Positions 61,915 through 64,000 of a stretch of DNA of 64,000 nucleotides are shown piece after piece. Source of the stretch: Acidobacteriota bacterium (lineage in GTDB: Bacteria > Acidobacteriota > UBA890 > WLXD01). The notes beneath the pieces were generated by a model. That model saw only the letters and a list, made by a program, of their open reading frames with translations. It ran no database searches and was not told where the DNA came from. Location of the stretch: assembly GCA_965205505.1 (NCBI GenBank), contig CBDBHB010000009.1, positions 2,016,001 through 2,080,000 of the forward strand, written 5' to 3'. The position numbers were made by a program, and so were the translations under genes. Each line of letters opens with the position of its first letter. Positions within the stretch are counted from its first letter, which is position 1.

Positions 61915-62750
61915 TTGGCCGATCAAACGGCCGATATCTTCGTCGAGACCGAGACAATCGACCTCGGGAGTCCAGCGGCGCACCGCCACCTCGTTGATGG
62001 CTGGTCGCCCATCGACGAGCGCTGGGCCCAGCGCGAGGACGAGACGTTCGTGTGGGCGCGCGGGTCGCAGGCCTCGATTCGGTTCTTTCAGATCGAATCC
62101 CAACCGCATCGCCTGCGCATCCGTGCGCGGCCACACGTGGTCGGTGAAACGCCGGTAGTCTCGACCCTTTTCTTGCGGCACAACGGCGTGACGCTGCCCA
62201 CGTCCGTGGACGTGCTGGCGGGTTGGCAAGACTACGTGGTGCCGTTGCCGACCCGTTTCCTGAGCGTGGGTGCCAACGAGCTCTCCCTGGAGTTCGACCG
62301 ACCTCCCGACGACGAGCGCTCCACCGGCACCTCGTTACGATTCGCCGTCGACAGCATCCGTTTCTTCGACCCCCACCGTGACCGCCCTGCCACGCCTGGA
62401 AACCCCCGGGGGTGGACGGGGTCTGATCCTCCCCTACCTGTCAGGGGCCGACTTCGAGCTCGACTTGAACCGCGGGGCAATGCTGTCCCTGCGCCGCGTC
62501 GACCCTTATGGACGACCGCTGCGAGCTCCGGGACGCTACACGTGCGCATCGATGCAGAAGGCCGATCGGAGACCGTCGTGCTTGCGGCGCCGGGAGAGCG
62601 AGTCGAGGTACCGATCCAACTGAGCGCCCCCCGGCCGCGTGCGGCTGTCGCTACTATCTCCAGACGCCGGAGTTCCAAGACCTGCAGGGCCACGCCGCGG
62701 AGCAGGACGCCGGCCTGCGGCTCGAGAACCCAGTGGTGCATAACCCCGGT
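61915..62750 (+). pseudogene. Fragment of an extracellular beta-sandwich domain (sulfatase N-terminal-like), frameshifted
   Basis: GWSPIDE...FVWARG...GANELSLEF; loses protein-like character after about 62400. Confidence 0.35.
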
Positions 62751-62770
62751 TCCTGAACGGTCGGGAGGCC

Positions 62771-64000
62771 CTAGAGGCGGAATAGCTGGGTCACCTTGAG
62801 GATGATCGAGCGGTCGATCAGCGTCGGATCTTCGATCAACCGGCGCTCGTTGTACACGAGAAACAGGTCCGCCCCCGGCGTGTGGATGAAATTCACGCGG
62901 ACGTTGCTGAGGAACCGATCGGTGATGTTGTCGTACTGGAACAGCCCGGACAGAAACAGGCGGGTGTTGAAGTCATAGCCGATTCGAGCGCGCCAAATGT
63001 CGGCGACGAAGTCGCCGCCCGGGAGCTGTACGTCGTTGCGATCCAGCGACACTCGCGCCGCGAAGCGAGCACCGATGCGCGCACCGGCCTCGAGCTTCCA
63101 GACATCCCGGGTTCCGTCCCAGAAGTCGCCGAACGTGTAGTTCACCGTTCCCCAAACTGGGCGGCTCTTGTCCGATTGCGCCTCCAGGTGGATCTCGTTG
63201 AAGTGGTAGGCGCCCGGCGGTATGACCACACCCGGGACGATCTCGAAGGGCAGGTCGAGCTGCTCGAAGCGCCGGTTGTTCTCGATGCTGAGCTTGTCGC
63301 CGCGGCGCAGGAACAGGTCGAAGTCGTAGTGCTCGCGCCGTGTGATCAGCCGGTTGGCACGATCAGTCACATAAGACAGCCCCACGTGTGGGGCCAGGTT
63401 GCGTACCCACGGGGATTCCGGGTAGTAGGGCGACCAGGTCGCCGTGGTGCTGTACGAGCGCAGCCCGACGCGGTTGACGAAGCCCAAACCGGGGTTGAAA
63501 GCGTCGCCGACGTCCATCGCCGATCCGTTGACGGTGAATCGCGAGTTGGCCCACTCGAACTTCACCGCACCGGCCGAATCGGTGCCGGACTCGACGCCCG
63601 GCGTCTCGGTCTTCATCCACCACCCATCGACGGTTGCCCCCGAGCCGATCGCCCAGCGCCCGTCGAAGCCCAGGGAGCGGTTGTAGCTCGTGCCGCTCTC
63701 GTGCCGGTTGGTGAACAGCATGCCGATGCTGGAGCGGCTGCCGAGCTCGCGGCGCACTCGCAACACGCCGTGGTTCTCGGATCCCAGCTGCAAGCTATCC
63801 ACGGCGTCGGTCTGCATGGTCAACGCGCCGATGTTCCAGCCGCCGGCCTTGCCGGTCAGGCGTACCCCGCCGAGGATCGGCACCTCGCCACCCTGAAAGA
63901 TCCCGATTGTGCGCGAGTGAAACCCGATCACCCTGGCACCGTCGCGGACACCGCTGCTGCCGAACTGGAAGAGGCCGGCGTTCTCGAGGAAGAACTCGCG
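62771..64000 (-). CDS. DUF5916 / CBM9-like outer-membrane protein, runs off the right edge
   Basis: REFFLEN, FHSRTIG, RLTGK, FNPGLGFV, PGADLFLVYN. Confidence 0.85.
   Translation of the reverse strand, partial: REFFLENAGLFQFGSSGVRDGARVIGFHSRTIGIFQGGEVPILGGVRLTGKAGGWNIGALTMQTDAVDSLQLGSENHGVLRVRRELGSRSSIGMLFTNRHESGTSYNRSLGFDGRWAIGSGATVDGWWMKTETPGVESGTDSAGAVKFEWANSRFTVNGSAMDVGDAFNPGLGFVNRVGLRSYSTTATWSPYYPESPWVRNLAPHVGLSYVTDRANRLITRREHYDFDLFLRRGDKLSIENNRRFEQLDLPFEIVPGVVIPPGAYHFNEIHLEAQSDKSRPVWGTVNYTFGDFWDGTRDVWKLEAGARIGARFAARVSLDRNDVQLPGGDFVADIWRARIGYDFNTRLFLSGLFQYDNITDRFLSNVRVNFIHTPGADLFLVYNERRLIEDPTLIDRSIILKVTQLFRL

Overview
GC-rich (roughly 65% by eye) bacterial DNA. The gene content (Ser/Thr kinase-PD40 fusions, Oar-like TonB receptor, sulfatase-TPR, DUF5916, many Tat substrates) suggests Acidobacteriota; this is an inference. 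The window is an accessory mosaic. It holds intact catabolic cargo (peptidases, amidinotransferase + deacylase + BCCT transporter, ggt, atoE, katG), a decayed integrative or phage-satellite-like element (about 27-33 kb), one complete IS3, IS5/IS6 remnants, a 280-bp MITE and many short fragments of unrelated genes. Three things stand out. (1) A ~45-bp dispersed repeat with sigma70 promoter geometry (TTGGAT-N17-TAGGCT) occurs nine times, mostly just upstream of unrelated genes. (2) A GTAGCC(C/T)CAA core, resembling tRNA-3'/large-serine-recombinase att scars, recurs at junctions. (3) A tandemly duplicated pair encodes a Tat-signal Rieske oxygenase alpha subunit (no reductase in the window; one copy has an inserted CXXCH) and a Tat-signal spermidine-dehydrogenase-like flavoprotein, between tatA/tatC and a TonB receptor. 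No rRNA, complete tRNA or CRISPR array was seen. All family calls come from motif recognition by eye, and fragment boundaries are approximate.
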